Assembly (NCBI GenBank): GCA_951406725.2
Contig: OX597839.1
Location: 8,370,001-8,434,000 of the forward strand
Reading direction: 5' to 3'
Source: Octopus vulgaris
Taxonomy: Eukaryota
DNA: 64,000 nt
In this document: positions 24,905-36,749 of the stretch, one piece after another
How positions within the stretch are numbered: position 1 is the stretch's first letter
Layout of the letters: each line of letters begins with the position of its first letter
Position numbers and translations under genes: made by a program
Notes under the pieces: model-generated
Told to the model about the DNA's origin: nothing
Database searches by the model: none
Seen by the model: only the letters and a program-made list of their open reading frames with translations

Positions 24905-25076
24905 TTTGTAAGTTCAAACTGGCCAGATCAGGCCTCTCACACTAACCATACAATATCATTCTAAAAATTAACAGTCTCCTCATCGAAATTTCAAAGCTAC
25001 AAGATAACACTTGATTAATTCAAAATAATGAGAATAAATAAGCAGTATATTTGATAGAATAACATGAATGTTAAAG
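24905..25076. mobile_element. Probable non-autonomous DNA-transposon fragment (piggyBac-like end split by a SINE-A)
   Basis: ...catgaatgttaaag | SINE-A | aaagagttaa reconstitutes an ...AAAG(G/A)GTTAA type end; family assignment is from memory only. Confidence 0.35.
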
Positions 25077-25495
25077 CGCAGGAGTGGCTGTGTGGTAAGT
25101 AGCTTGCTAACCAACCACATGGTTCTGGGTTCAGTCCCACTGCGTGGTACCTTGGGCGAATGTCTTCTGCTATAGCCTCGGGCCGACCAAAGCCTTGTGA
25201 GTGGATTTGGTAGACGGAAACTGAAAGAAGCCTGTCGTATATATGTATATATATGTATATGTATGTATGTGTATGTGTTTGCGTGTCTGTGTTTGTACCC
25301 CTAGCATTGCTTGACAACCGATGCTGGTGTGTTTACGTTCCCGTCACTTAGCGGTTCGGCAAAAGAGACCGATTGAATAAGTACTGGGCTTACAAAGAAT
25401 AAGTCCCGGGGTCGATTTGCTCGACTAAAGGCGGTGCTCCAGCATGGCCGCAGTCAAATGACTGAAACATGTAAAAAAGAAATAGAGTAAAAAGA
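25077..25495 (+). mobile_element. SINE family A, full length
   Basis: cgcaggagtggctgtgtggtaag...gggttcagtccc...gcatggccgcagtcaaatgactgaaac...gagtaaaaagag. Confidence 0.9.
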
Positions 25496-25499
25496 GTTA

Positions 25500-25553
<54 letters not shown>

Positions 25554-25789
25554 TTTATTTATCTGCCTCTATTATGATGAAACCTCTGCGTCGAGTGACG
25601 AGGAGAAACTTCCTAGTTATATGCATCCATACCGAACTAAGATACTGGGGCTTGCTAAGATAGAATAAAAGTATTTGACAGGCCATGCTCCAGCTTGGCA
25701 ACAATAAACTGAGCAATACCAATAAATGAGAAGACGAAAACTTCCATACCTGTGTATGTGTACTTGTGTGCGTCCGTGTAGGTAGATAT

Positions 25790-26525
25790 GTGTGTGTGTG
25801 TGAGAGAGAGAGAGAGGGGAGAGCGGGACAGACGGATAGAGGAAGAGAGAGATATGAGAAGACGAGAGAGAAAAAAGAGACAGACAGATAGAGGGAGAGA
25901 GATACAGAGACAAACAAGGAGAGGGAGTTACAGGAAGATATACAAAGGGAGGGGAGAGAGAAAGAGAAACACAAGCAAGCAGACATACATACAGAGGGAG
26001 AGAGAGAGAGAGATACAGAGAGAGACATACAGAGGGAAAGGGTGAGATAGAGACACAGACAGACAGAGGGAGAGAGACAGACAGACAGCCAGACAAACAG
26101 AGAGTGAGAGTTACATAGAGAGGGAGGGGGAGAAAGAAAGAGTCAGACAAAAGGAGAGAGATAGAGACAAACAGAGAGACATACAGAGGGAGGGGAGAGA
26201 GAAAGAGACACAGACAAACAGAGAGTAACGGCGAGAGACATACAGTGGAGGGGAAGGGGAGAGAGAAAGAGAGCCAAGCAGTTGGTGAGTGGGAGGGAAC
26301 GAGAGAGACAGAGAGAAAGGCAGAGGGGGAGAGACAGACAAGGGGAGAGAGAGAGGGGCGAGAGACAGACATACAAAGAGAAAAACAGAGGGGGAGAGAC
26401 AGACAAGGGGAGAGAGAGAAGGGCGAGAGAAAGACATACAGAGAGAAAAACAGAGGGGGAGAGACAGACAGACAAGGGGAGAGAGAGGGGCGAGAGACAG
26501 ACATACACAGAGAGAGAGAGAGGGG
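25790..26525. repeat. GA-rich low complexity with ~60-bp repeats (gagggggagagacagacaaggggagagagagggg...)
   Basis: Visible polypurine repeats; unit recurs at ~26323, 26388 and 26453. Confidence 0.8.
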
Positions 26526-26857
26526 TAAATGTGAGTGCGGTGTAAATGTGTTAGCGTATGTATGAGATTACGAGTGAATACCGAGTGTGTATAAGATTGG
26601 CGAGTGAGAGCAGCGAGTGAACGCGTAAGATCAAACTTGGCGTTCTTACATTTTTTGTTGCTGTTGTTATTTATTTCCTCATCATTACAACATGTAGAAA
26701 AAGCTGTGAGCCGTAAAGATAAGTTCCTTACGAATCCCAGTTACACACTTCCTTTTATTTTAGACTTAAGTCGTTAATGCCATCACTCCTCTCTCTCTCT
26801 CTCACCCCCTTCTCTCTCGCATTGTCTGACTGTCTGCCTCTTACTTTCTACCCCAAT

Positions 26858-26888
<31 letters not shown>

Positions 26889-27259
26889 ACGTGTAGGCAC
26901 CTCACAACACACAACCTCGTTTCTACCTCTCAACTCGCTCAACGAACATCTAACCCCTATTAAGTATGATGCTTATTTTGTTTTATATTTATATTATATA
27001 TTTTATATTTATATTATATATTTTATTCCTTTATTTTATTTATATGTATTTATGTACTTATTTATATATCTATAGCTGGAGATCGGTATGTTGATGTTGG
27101 CTACTGAACTTCTCAGCTACGAACGAACCCAAATAAAATGTATTATTCTATCGTGTTTCCTATTAAAGACACCATAGTCCATACATGCATGTATGTGTGT
27201 GTGTATATATATATATATAAAGAGAGAGAGATATATATAGAAAGACATACATGTGTGTG

Positions 27260-27306
<47 letters not shown>

Positions 27307-27800
27307 ATACAGACACACGTGTGTGTGTATGTATATATATATATATATATATATATGAATACAGACATACACGTATGTGTGTGTGTGTGTGTGTGTATAC
27401 AGACATGTATATATATATATGCACACATGCATAAAGTGGAAGAAGGAGCGAACTAGGGAGGAATATGTGTGAAACTGGAATGTAAGAAAGAGGGACAACA
27501 AAAAATTATGCCGCTGACCTTTCCGATTTCGTAAACATGAAAAAAAAAATGAAAGCAGTGGGATAAAAAAAAATGGGGCCAGAATCGCAAACGATAAAAA
27601 AAAAATGGATTAAAAACGCAATCAGAACAAAGTCAATCTGATAGCTAAAGAATTTTCTAGAACATATTTTTAATATATACTTGTTTGGTTTTTTGGGGGT
27701 CTTTTTTTTTTTGGGCTATATATCTATTGAATAAACATATCACTGAGTATGCAGACAGTAAGAGAAAACACCAAACAAACTTCCACAAAAATACATATAT

Positions 27801-27844
<44 letters not shown>

Positions 27845-28289
27845 TGGGGATAGACGCATGTGCGTGTATAGACAAATTGGTACATATACATATTAACACA
27901 TACATATATGTATATACACATTACTCTCGTGTATTCACAGACACAGAAATAAGGGTGAGCTAGAAAGCTGAAAGTTTGACCTTCTTTTGCTGTTTTGATG
28001 TCCACTTAAAAGGACCCGTATGTTACTTTTATATTTTTGACATACATACACACACACACATACACAATTTATATAAATATACTCATTTTTTTCATTTATT
28101 CAATCTTTTCATAGGGTATTTTCACCTTATTTTGTGTTGAAAGAGGGGTGCACGCACGATTTTAGTTGGCTATTTTAAAGAGTTACAGTTAATATTTTAC
28201 AGTTAATATATAAAAAGTACCGGACTAAATTCTTTACAATGATCAGACATTTAACCCACCACCACCTCGTATCATCTAGTACATATTAT

Positions 28290-29632
28290 ACGTCCGTCCA
28301 TATAACAATACGTCCATATATAATACGTACAAATATAAAACGTCCGTATATAATACGTACAAATATAATACGTACATATATAATACGGACGTATATAATA
28401 CGGACATATATAATACGGACATATATAATACGTACAAATATAAAACGTCCGTATATAATACGTACAAATATAATACGTACATATATAATACGTACATATA
28501 TAATACGGACATATATAATACGGACATATATAATACGTACATATATAATACGTACATATATAATACGTGCATATATAATACGTACATATATCATACGGAC
28601 ATATATAATACGTACATATATAATACGTACATATATAATACGTACATATATAATACGGACATATATAATACGGACATGTATAATACGTACATGTATAATA
28701 CGTACATATATAATACGTACATATATCATACGTACATGTATAATACGTACATGTATAATACGTACATATATAATACGTACATATATAATACGTACATGTA
28801 TAATACGTACATGTATAATACGTACATATATAATACGTACATATATAATACGTACATGTATAATACGTACATATATAATACGTACATATATAATACGTAC
28901 ATATATAATACGTACATATATAATACGTACATATATCATACGTACATATATAATACGTACATATATAATACGTACATATATAATACGTACATATATCATA
29001 CGTACATATATAATACGTACATATATAATACGGACATATATAATACGGACATATATCATACGTACATATATAATACGGACATATACAATACGTACATATA
29101 TATAATACATACATATATATAACACGGACATATATAATACGGACGTATATAATACGTACATATATAATATGTACATATATAATACAGACATATATAATAG
29201 GACATATATAATACGGACATATATAATACGTACATATATCATACGTACATATATCATACGTACATATATAATACGTACATATATAAAATACGTACATATA
29301 TATATTACGTACATATATAATACGGACACATATAATACGGACACATATAATACGTACACATATAATACGTACATATATAATACGGACATATATAATACGG
29401 ACATATATAATACGTACATATATCATACGTACATATATCATACGTACATATATCATACGTACATATATATAATACGTACATATATAATACGGACATATAT
29501 AATACGTACATATATAATACGGACATATATAATACGTACATATATAATACGGACATATATAATACGGACACATATAATACGTACATATATAATACGTACA
29601 TATATAATACGGACATATATAATACGTACATA
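28290..29632. repeat. 15-bp tandem satellite (consensus ATATATAATACGTAC), ~1.35 kb
   Basis: Continuous 15-nt period with variants CGGAC, ATGTA and TCATA; gives IIRTY/YNTYI periodic ORFs. Confidence 0.95.
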
Positions 29633-29664
29633 GGACGTATTATCTAGTACAATGAGAACCCTTT

Positions 29665-29885
29665 CATTGTAATCCTTTCTCCTGAAGGCACAAGGCATTG
29701 ATTTTGGGACAGGGTATTAGTCGATTACATCGACCACAGTGTTCAACTGGTACTCATTTTATCGACCCCGAAAGGATGAAATACAAAGTTGACCCCGGTG
29801 GAATTTGAACTGTGAACGTAAAGATGGATGACATGCCGCTAAGAATCTTGCTCGGAGTGCTAACGATTCTGCCAGCTCACCGCTT
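29665..29885 (-). mobile_element. SINE family B
   Basis: aaggcacaagg...gtcgattacatcgacc...atcgaccccgaaaggatgaaa...tgccagctcaccgc. Confidence 0.8.
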
Positions 29886-29894
29886 TAACACAAT

Positions 29895-29970
29895 ACGGGT
29901 ATATTGGGCCTCGTATATTTGTACCCCAACATCTCTTTGAAGGCGTGTGCAACTCTCTCACTCAATAATT
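29895..29970 (+). mobile_element. Short 3' fragment of the (TAA)n-tailed repeat at 60205-60730
   Basis: ggtatattgggcctcgtatatttgtacccc...ctctctcactcaataat matches 60646-60715. Confidence 0.6.
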
Positions 29971-30086
29971 TTTATATTTTAACTATGATAATTCTTTCTA
30001 ATTTCTGGCACAACTTTTAACAATGTTGAGGGGAGAGGAAAGTCAATTAGTTGGACCCCAGTGCTCAACTGGTACTTATACAAGAT

Positions 30087-30782
30087 GCTATCCAGCCATA
30101 GATATTTCCAAGCACTTATCAATAATATAAGTAGAAGGAATTTCCAATTTTCAACGGGATTTTTTCTGACCATTAGATACAATGGTCAGAAAAAATCCCG
30201 TTGAAAATTGGAAATTCCTTCTACTTATATCTATATATATAAAACTGTAGTTGTGTGAGTGTCTGTCTCCTACGATTTAGATTCCTAACTCCTCCCACAT
30301 TTTGCGGTGCAGTTTAACCAAATTCGGGTATCTTATAGTCGTGATTAATATCGAGCCCGTCTGGCTATTAGCGCGCGTCTACGATGAGTCTACGATTTTA
30401 AAAATAATTTAACATCATTTTTTATTCCATTTTAATGCATAATTTTTCGTGTGTCGATGGCGGCGGAGTTGGCGTCCACGCTCAAACACCTGCACCTGTT
30501 TGCTTCTCCCCCTTCTCCCTCCCTCGTGAAGCTGTGGGGAAGGGAGTGTAAGGAAATCAACGTCGTAATGCGTTGTCAAGGAGACCAGCGTTCTTTTAGA
30601 ACAACGACTTCATGGCTTGAAGACACCAAAACAGAAATGGCTAAGAAAGCCCGAATTGGCATCTATAAAGGAAGTAACTCTCTAAAAATGCTTATATAGT
30701 TATTTCCCTTACAAACCCGAGCAACGCCGGGCGATACTGCTAGTTATTGATAATTTTTTTGAAATATCTATGACTGGATAGC
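30087..30782. repeat. ~88-bp-arm palindrome (6-nt spacer) whose right arm is split by a Helitron
   Basis: Left arm 30087-30174; right arm 30181-30229 plus 30744-30782; inner 49 bp perfectly complementary. Confidence 0.9.
30230..30743 (+). mobile_element. Non-autonomous Helitron
   Basis: Starts TCTATATATATAAAA, ends CCCGAGCAACGCCGGG-cgatactg-CTAG; inserted between A and T with no TSD, empty site recoverable from the opposite palindrome arm. Confidence 0.9.
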
Positions 30783-31044
30783 TATCTAACCAAAATTACT
30801 CTTAATCCTTCCAAGAAAGACTTCATTAAAATGTTACAGAAGAAAACAGAACTTCGTTTATCACATGCACTAGAGAGTCCCTTCTATGACTCTGATCTGA
30901 TGGGTAGGCAAATATTTTAGGATTCATAAACTGTCCCCTATAGAATTGATCTATAGAATCATTTGTACCTGATCTTGAAGACTTAGCATCAAATCTAAAA
31001 TTACGAAATAAATTTGAAAAAAAGAGCACACATTTTCTCCGGTA

Positions 31045-31205
31045 GATAGGCATCCGTCGGTCTCAAGAGATCATGGATCTGCGCCTGGAGAACTTGTGTC
31101 AGCTGTTGATGGTTGTGCAGCGTCAGCTGTTGTTGTATAGGCCCACATGGGAGTGGCAGTCTCGCATGCAGCGACTGCATTTGAAGAAGCTCTCCGCCGG
31201 CGCTA
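31045..31205 (-). mobile_element. RTE-clade LINE extreme 3' end (C-terminal zinc finger and short 3'UTR)
   Basis: Minus-strand FKCSRCMRDCHSHVGLYNNS*RC followed by ccatgatctcttgagaccgacggatgcct. Confidence 0.65.
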
Positions 31206-31345
31206 CTAACTTTTCCTTTATTCGGGCGCGTATACCAAAGTATATGAAATAATAGCTGACAATACGCGTAACTATTCAATAGGAAATATTAGACAAAATT
31301 GCATTAAAGTGAAACTCCATATTTATGATATTGTTACCAATGAGA

Positions 31346-31860
31346 GGCAATGGTCAGCATCGGCAGGGTCTGGAAGAGTTGAGACATCAGACTCGCTACC
31401 AAATGCAGATTGGTGAATGCAATTGTCTTCCCAATAGCAACATATGGATGAGAGACCTAGACACTAAAGAAAGCTGACCAGAAGAGAATTAATGCATTCG
31501 AGCTTTGGTGTTGGAGAAGACTTTTTCGGATTCCATGGACAGCGAGGCTCACCAATGGAGAAGTTCTTAAGCAGATCAGGCTGAAACTGTCGCTAGAAGC
31601 TAGGATCACCAAGCATAGATTGGCATATTTCGGTCATGTTATGCGGAGAAAATCCCTGGAGAAGGACATCATGCTCGGAATGGTCAGTGGCAAGAGAGGA
31701 AGAGGCCGACCAAGAACCCGCTGGCTTGACACCATCAAGAGGGATACCGGAATGGACATAGCCAATCAGAAAGAAGCGGCCCAGGATAGAACTGACTGGA
31801 GGACACTGATCCAACGAGTAACCGAGAGTCGACTTCGACTGAGAGGATAGATAGATAGAT
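31346..31860 (+). mobile_element. RTE/BovB-like LINE 3' fragment with (GATA)n tail
   Basis: TKCRLVNAIVFPIATYG*ET*TLKKADQKRINAFELWCWRRLFRIPWTAR...YFGHVMRRKSLEKDIMLGMVSGKRGRGRPRTRWLD...DRTDWR...VTESRLRL; in-frame stops. Confidence 0.9.
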
Positions 31861-32189
31861 ACCGATGATAAATAAAGCAAAATACTTAACCAGGGATAAT
31901 ATAAACACCTGAATGATAAATTAAATTGTGTAGGATGTTTCTAAAACTTTGTTGAAAACGTAAGGAATAACAGTCAAAATCATATAAGAAGGATATGAAT
32001 TCCTTAATTGGAATTCTTTAATATATAATATATTTTATATCTCTTTGCACGTCTAACTTTTAGAACTTCTCTCTGAACTTATATGCAGAATCTTATAATA
32101 ACGGTGCAGCTACGGATAATGTTGCAGCGGTTCAGTACTGATGCATTCTGACCTTGCTTGTTATTCTAAGACAGCATCAGTATATACTA

Positions 32190-33145
32190 GAGTAAGGAGA
32201 TGGAAATGGACAAGCGAAGAGAGCAGGGAAATGGTGCAGTGCTACTCGGAAAGTGAAACTAAAGTAAGAAGTTACAGAAAAGGTGTGTTAGAAAAAAATA
32301 TGTTTGAAATAACAGAGCAGAGACGAGTGGACCAGGCTAATGTTATTAGGAGAAAAAAAGCGAATGATAAAACTGCAAGTAGACGAGATCAGAAAAGAAC
32401 TAGAAAAACAAAAAGGCCAAGAAGTAGAGCAAGCCAAACAACATTGGTGATAGAGTTCAAGTCAAAGAAGAACCTACAAGAAAAAAATAATAGCATTACC
32501 AATCAGGAAAGGAAAACTGATACTAGCGACTTAAGTGAGGAAGATCAGAAGACTTTAGATGAGTTGAAGGAATAATGAGTAAAGAAGAAGGAAAAATATT
32601 ACCAGCATTAAAAGGTGTTAATAGAAGGAAGTTGCTAGATATTAGTAGGGAGGTAGATTCTGTTATCAGTAGGATACATGAACCTGGTAAAGTGCTAGAA
32701 GACGAGAAATATAAAATATGGTGGGATTTTGATATTTAGACTGACAGAGTAATAGAAGATAGAAGGCTTGATTTAGTAGTAGTAGATAAAGAGAATAGAA
32801 AGTGTCAGGTAATTGACTTTAGTCCCAATGGTGAGAATATGAGAGGTTTAGAGAAAAATAACAAAGTACCAGAAACTAGCCATTGAGTTGCAGAAGCTAT
32901 TGAAAAGTCCAGGTAAAATGTATCCTTGTGGTTATAAGTGAATTAGGAACAATTCATTAAGATTTGAATAGATGGATAAAGGAGATAAGTATAAAAACTT
33001 GTTGAGCGCAGTTCCAGAAAATAATACTATTAGGGATACATAAGTTACTTAAGGAAGCTCGTTGCATTTAAGGTTCCTTGTTGAAGCCAAATGCTTGGTA
33101 TATTTTTCAATAGTCTAATCTGTTGTGCGTATATGAAATAATAAT
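32190..33145 (+). mobile_element. R4/Dong-clade non-LTR element relic with N-terminus fused to RLE domain (RT absent)
   Basis: RWKWTSEE...EITEQRRVDQANVIRRK (N-terminal motif), then from 32677 HEPGKVLEDEKYKIWWDFDI*TDRVIEDRRLDLVVVDK...VIDF...EKITKYQKLAIEL (restriction-like endonuclease); ends aataataata. Confidence 0.75.
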
Positions 33146-33519
33146 AGCATGTAAAATACTAACTGCCCATGAAAATTCATACTTACACATTCAGTCAGTC
33201 ATGTGTCCTAGCCTATGTAGTATGATAGTAATGTGTCTTTATACGGTCTATTCCTGGCTGATTCCATATCGGATATTCTCCAGAGCATCGGATTAATGGA
33301 TCAGCTTAAATCAATTATGAGAGTCTACTATGGTATTAAGTAATTATTCTCCCGTTCGTAATAAAAAAAGTAGCGTGTCTATTTATATATATATATATAT
33401 ATACACTCATATATATGAACATTTAAAAATATACACATGCATATATATGTGTATCTATATGCATGCATACATACATACAGGAAAATAGATAAGGGACACA
33501 AAGAGAGACAAATTTAGAG

Positions 33520-33521
33520 GG

Positions 33522-33569
<48 letters not shown>

Positions 33570-33625
33570 AAAGAAAGAAAGGAGAGAGAAAGAGAGAGAA
33601 AGAAAGAAAGAAAGAGAGAGAGAGG

Positions 33626-33663
<38 letters not shown>

Positions 33664-33669
33664 GGAGGA

Positions 33670-33746
<77 letters not shown>

Positions 33747-33830
33747 ATACAGATAGTCCAACAGGCAGGTAAACAGACAGCATATAGAGACAGACACAGG
33801 AAGGGAGAAAGATGAGATAGAGGGACAGAG
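33520..33830. repeat. (GA)n/(GAAA)n microsatellite
   Basis: Directly visible. Confidence 0.9.
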
Positions 33831-34284
33831 ATAAAGAAAACGAACAGTAAAATATATTAATAGAAATATTAGAACCATATATAGACATATATATATATAT
33901 AGATAAACATACATATATATATATATATGAATTAATACATTTACATATATGGACTCACATACATAAACGCACACATTATATATGTCCGTGGGTGTCAGTA
34001 TGTGTACGTATGGGTTTGGTGTGTATGCACTTCAACGTGTGTTCTCGTGTGTGAATAAGGGCTGTTGTTATATTTTATGTATACACGCTCGAATACTTGC
34101 ATATATGATATACGTATACTCCCGAGTATCCGTGCTTTGTTCTTTTGGTACTGTATATATGAATGCAAATAGAATCTTGATTCAATACACAACAACACAT
34201 AAAATTCCCATAAACACGGGAACGTACATGTGTGTGGATGTCTGTTTTGCCGGCAGGTGCGTGTGTAACGTGAAGTATACAAAC

Positions 34285-34285
34285 G

Positions 34286-34319
<34 letters not shown>

Positions 34320-34448
34320 CGTATATGTATGTGTGTGTATTGTATATACTTTTAGGTAAAATGTTACATTGGCATATGTATATATGTATATATATACAAA
34401 TATGTATGTATATATATATATATGTATGTATATATATAAATATGTATG

Positions 34449-34481
<33 letters not shown>

Positions 34482-34680
34482 ATATATATATATATATATA
34501 CATACATATATATATATACATATATATATACATACATATGTATATATATATATATGTATGTATATATGTATGTATATATATATATGTGTGTGTGTGTGTA
34601 TATATATATGTGTGCGTGTGTATATATATATGTGTGTGTGTGTGTGTGGATGTTTATATTTATGTGTGTATACATATACA
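34285..34680. repeat. Compound (TG)n/(TA)n/(TATG)n microsatellite
   Basis: Directly visible. Confidence 0.9.
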
Positions 34681-34998
34681 CTGGCACCAATATTAAAGTG
34701 ACCCTCGCTATAATTATATGCACAGATATATGTATACACATAGATTAATACTTGTGCACACACGTGAATGCAGGTATGTAAATGCCTCTATATTACACAT
34801 GCGTTATGTTCAATGTATGAGTGTGTGTATGTATGTATGTATGTATGTATCCAGGGACCATGCGTGTTTGTATGTACAATTGCTCGAGTTAATATATACG
34901 CCAGTTTTTAGCATTTCTTACTTTTAACTGTTTCGGTTCCCTCTCTGGTTTTATCTCCCTTTCTGAACGTATATATTATGTATATAGAGGTATGCACA

Positions 34999-35036
<38 letters not shown>

Positions 35037-35317
35037 CATACATACATACATACATACACGCACACATATACATAAACACATAGATTAACATATCTGTCTA
35101 TATATATCTACATAGAATGTATAGATGTTGGTATAGTTTATTGTTTTAACATAAGGCGCGTGCACACACTTTCATACTTAAATACATACACACAAATGTG
35201 TATATAAGTTCGAGTGAGTTTGTGAGTGTATCTGTAAATGTATGCACAAATATATACAGGCATATACATATATACACGCAAATATATATTTGTGTATATG
35301 TATATATACAGATTTAG

Positions 35318-35361
<44 letters not shown>

Positions 35362-36512
35362 ATACATATCTTTATACATACATACACGTGAATATATATT
35401 GGTAACTCAGGACTTACGTTTATGTGAGTGACAATGTACATTTATTCTAGTACAAGTTTACAGAATTGTATTTGTGTGTTCGTATGTATAAATGTATGGA
35501 CATACATGTATACATACATACACATATCCACTTATGTATGCATATATGTACGGACTCATACGCGCGCTTACACACATACATACGCAGCTGTGCGTAAAAC
35601 TGTGGAAATGTTGTTTGTATTTGTGTAATGCCTGTGGACGCTGTCGCCTCAATGAAACTTTTCCCTGAGCCATAAAAACTTTTATCTACTAATAATAAAC
35701 AGGCAACGTTTGACAACTTATCAGACAACATGGCTGCTGGTTTACAGGCTTAAACAATGGCCGCTTTGCTAGACTCCATCTTGTCTTTACTGTATAATTT
35801 ACCACTTTGAACGCAATACTGACTATTGCAAGATTTTATTTTCTAATTTTGATTCTTAATGGTTTCGATAGCTTAGTATCAATTACCCATATCAGGTTAT
35901 AAATATAGTTCTTGGATTTTATAGTGCTATACTTTCACAAAGACTTAAGACTTAAGAAATCATTGCTTGTTTCTACCAGAAACGTTTAAAATGGTTCAAG
36001 AATCTCTCCAAGAGAAAATATATTTCTTTGTGTGTGTGTCTAAGTAAACTTGGAATAGAATAGTATTTGTTTTGTGTTTTGGGAATTGAGTCTACTTGTA
36101 GCTACTATTGATGTTATTTCTTCAAGTTACTGATGGGGTTTCTTTTTGTGTGTATTTGTTTTACTTTGTTAAATTGTTTTTGTTTGTGTGAATGTCTGTC
36201 GAGCCTGGACAGATCTAATGAAATAAATCTATGATCAAAAACTATTCCAGCTGTCACCACACCGTTTCGTTTACAGTGTATCTAGGATCACATTATCCTA
36301 TGTGTCCATTGTTTAAGACGATACAGTATGAGCCTGAACATATTTTGGTTGTTATTTCTAGCAAGTTGAGCGACGACGCAGAGGCCATTTTCCATGTGTC
36401 CATTGTTTAAGACCATAGAGCATGAGTTTGAAGATCACTATTTCTAGCATGTTGAGTGGCAATGCAGAAGCCCTATTGTTGAATGTTTGTGGTTGGTGGT
36501 CTTTGTATAATT

Positions 36513-36673
36513 CAGTGGTTCCCAACCAAGGTCCGTATGACCCTTGGGGACCCACAAAAAAATTTGTTGTTAAAACGTATGTACAATGAATTGGTCGTAC
36601 TTCTACAACACACAAAATATTTTAATTGTTTTGTATACAACTCTTAATATTTAATTATAAAGATACAATAAGG

Positions 36674-36731
<58 letters not shown>

Positions 36732-36745
36732 AATATTTCAATGGA
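36513..36745 (+). mobile_element. hAT-type MITE, one end only
   Basis: Begins cagtggttcccaacc, a typical hAT/Charlie TIR; no partner TIR found. Confidence 0.45.
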
Positions 36746-36749
36746 TGAA

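Noticed and set aside
28239-29633. 288-433-aa periodic ORFs (IIRTY/YVRII) or a CRISPR-like array
   Set aside because: Pure 15-bp tandem satellite with no unique spacers, no cas genes and a eukaryotic context.
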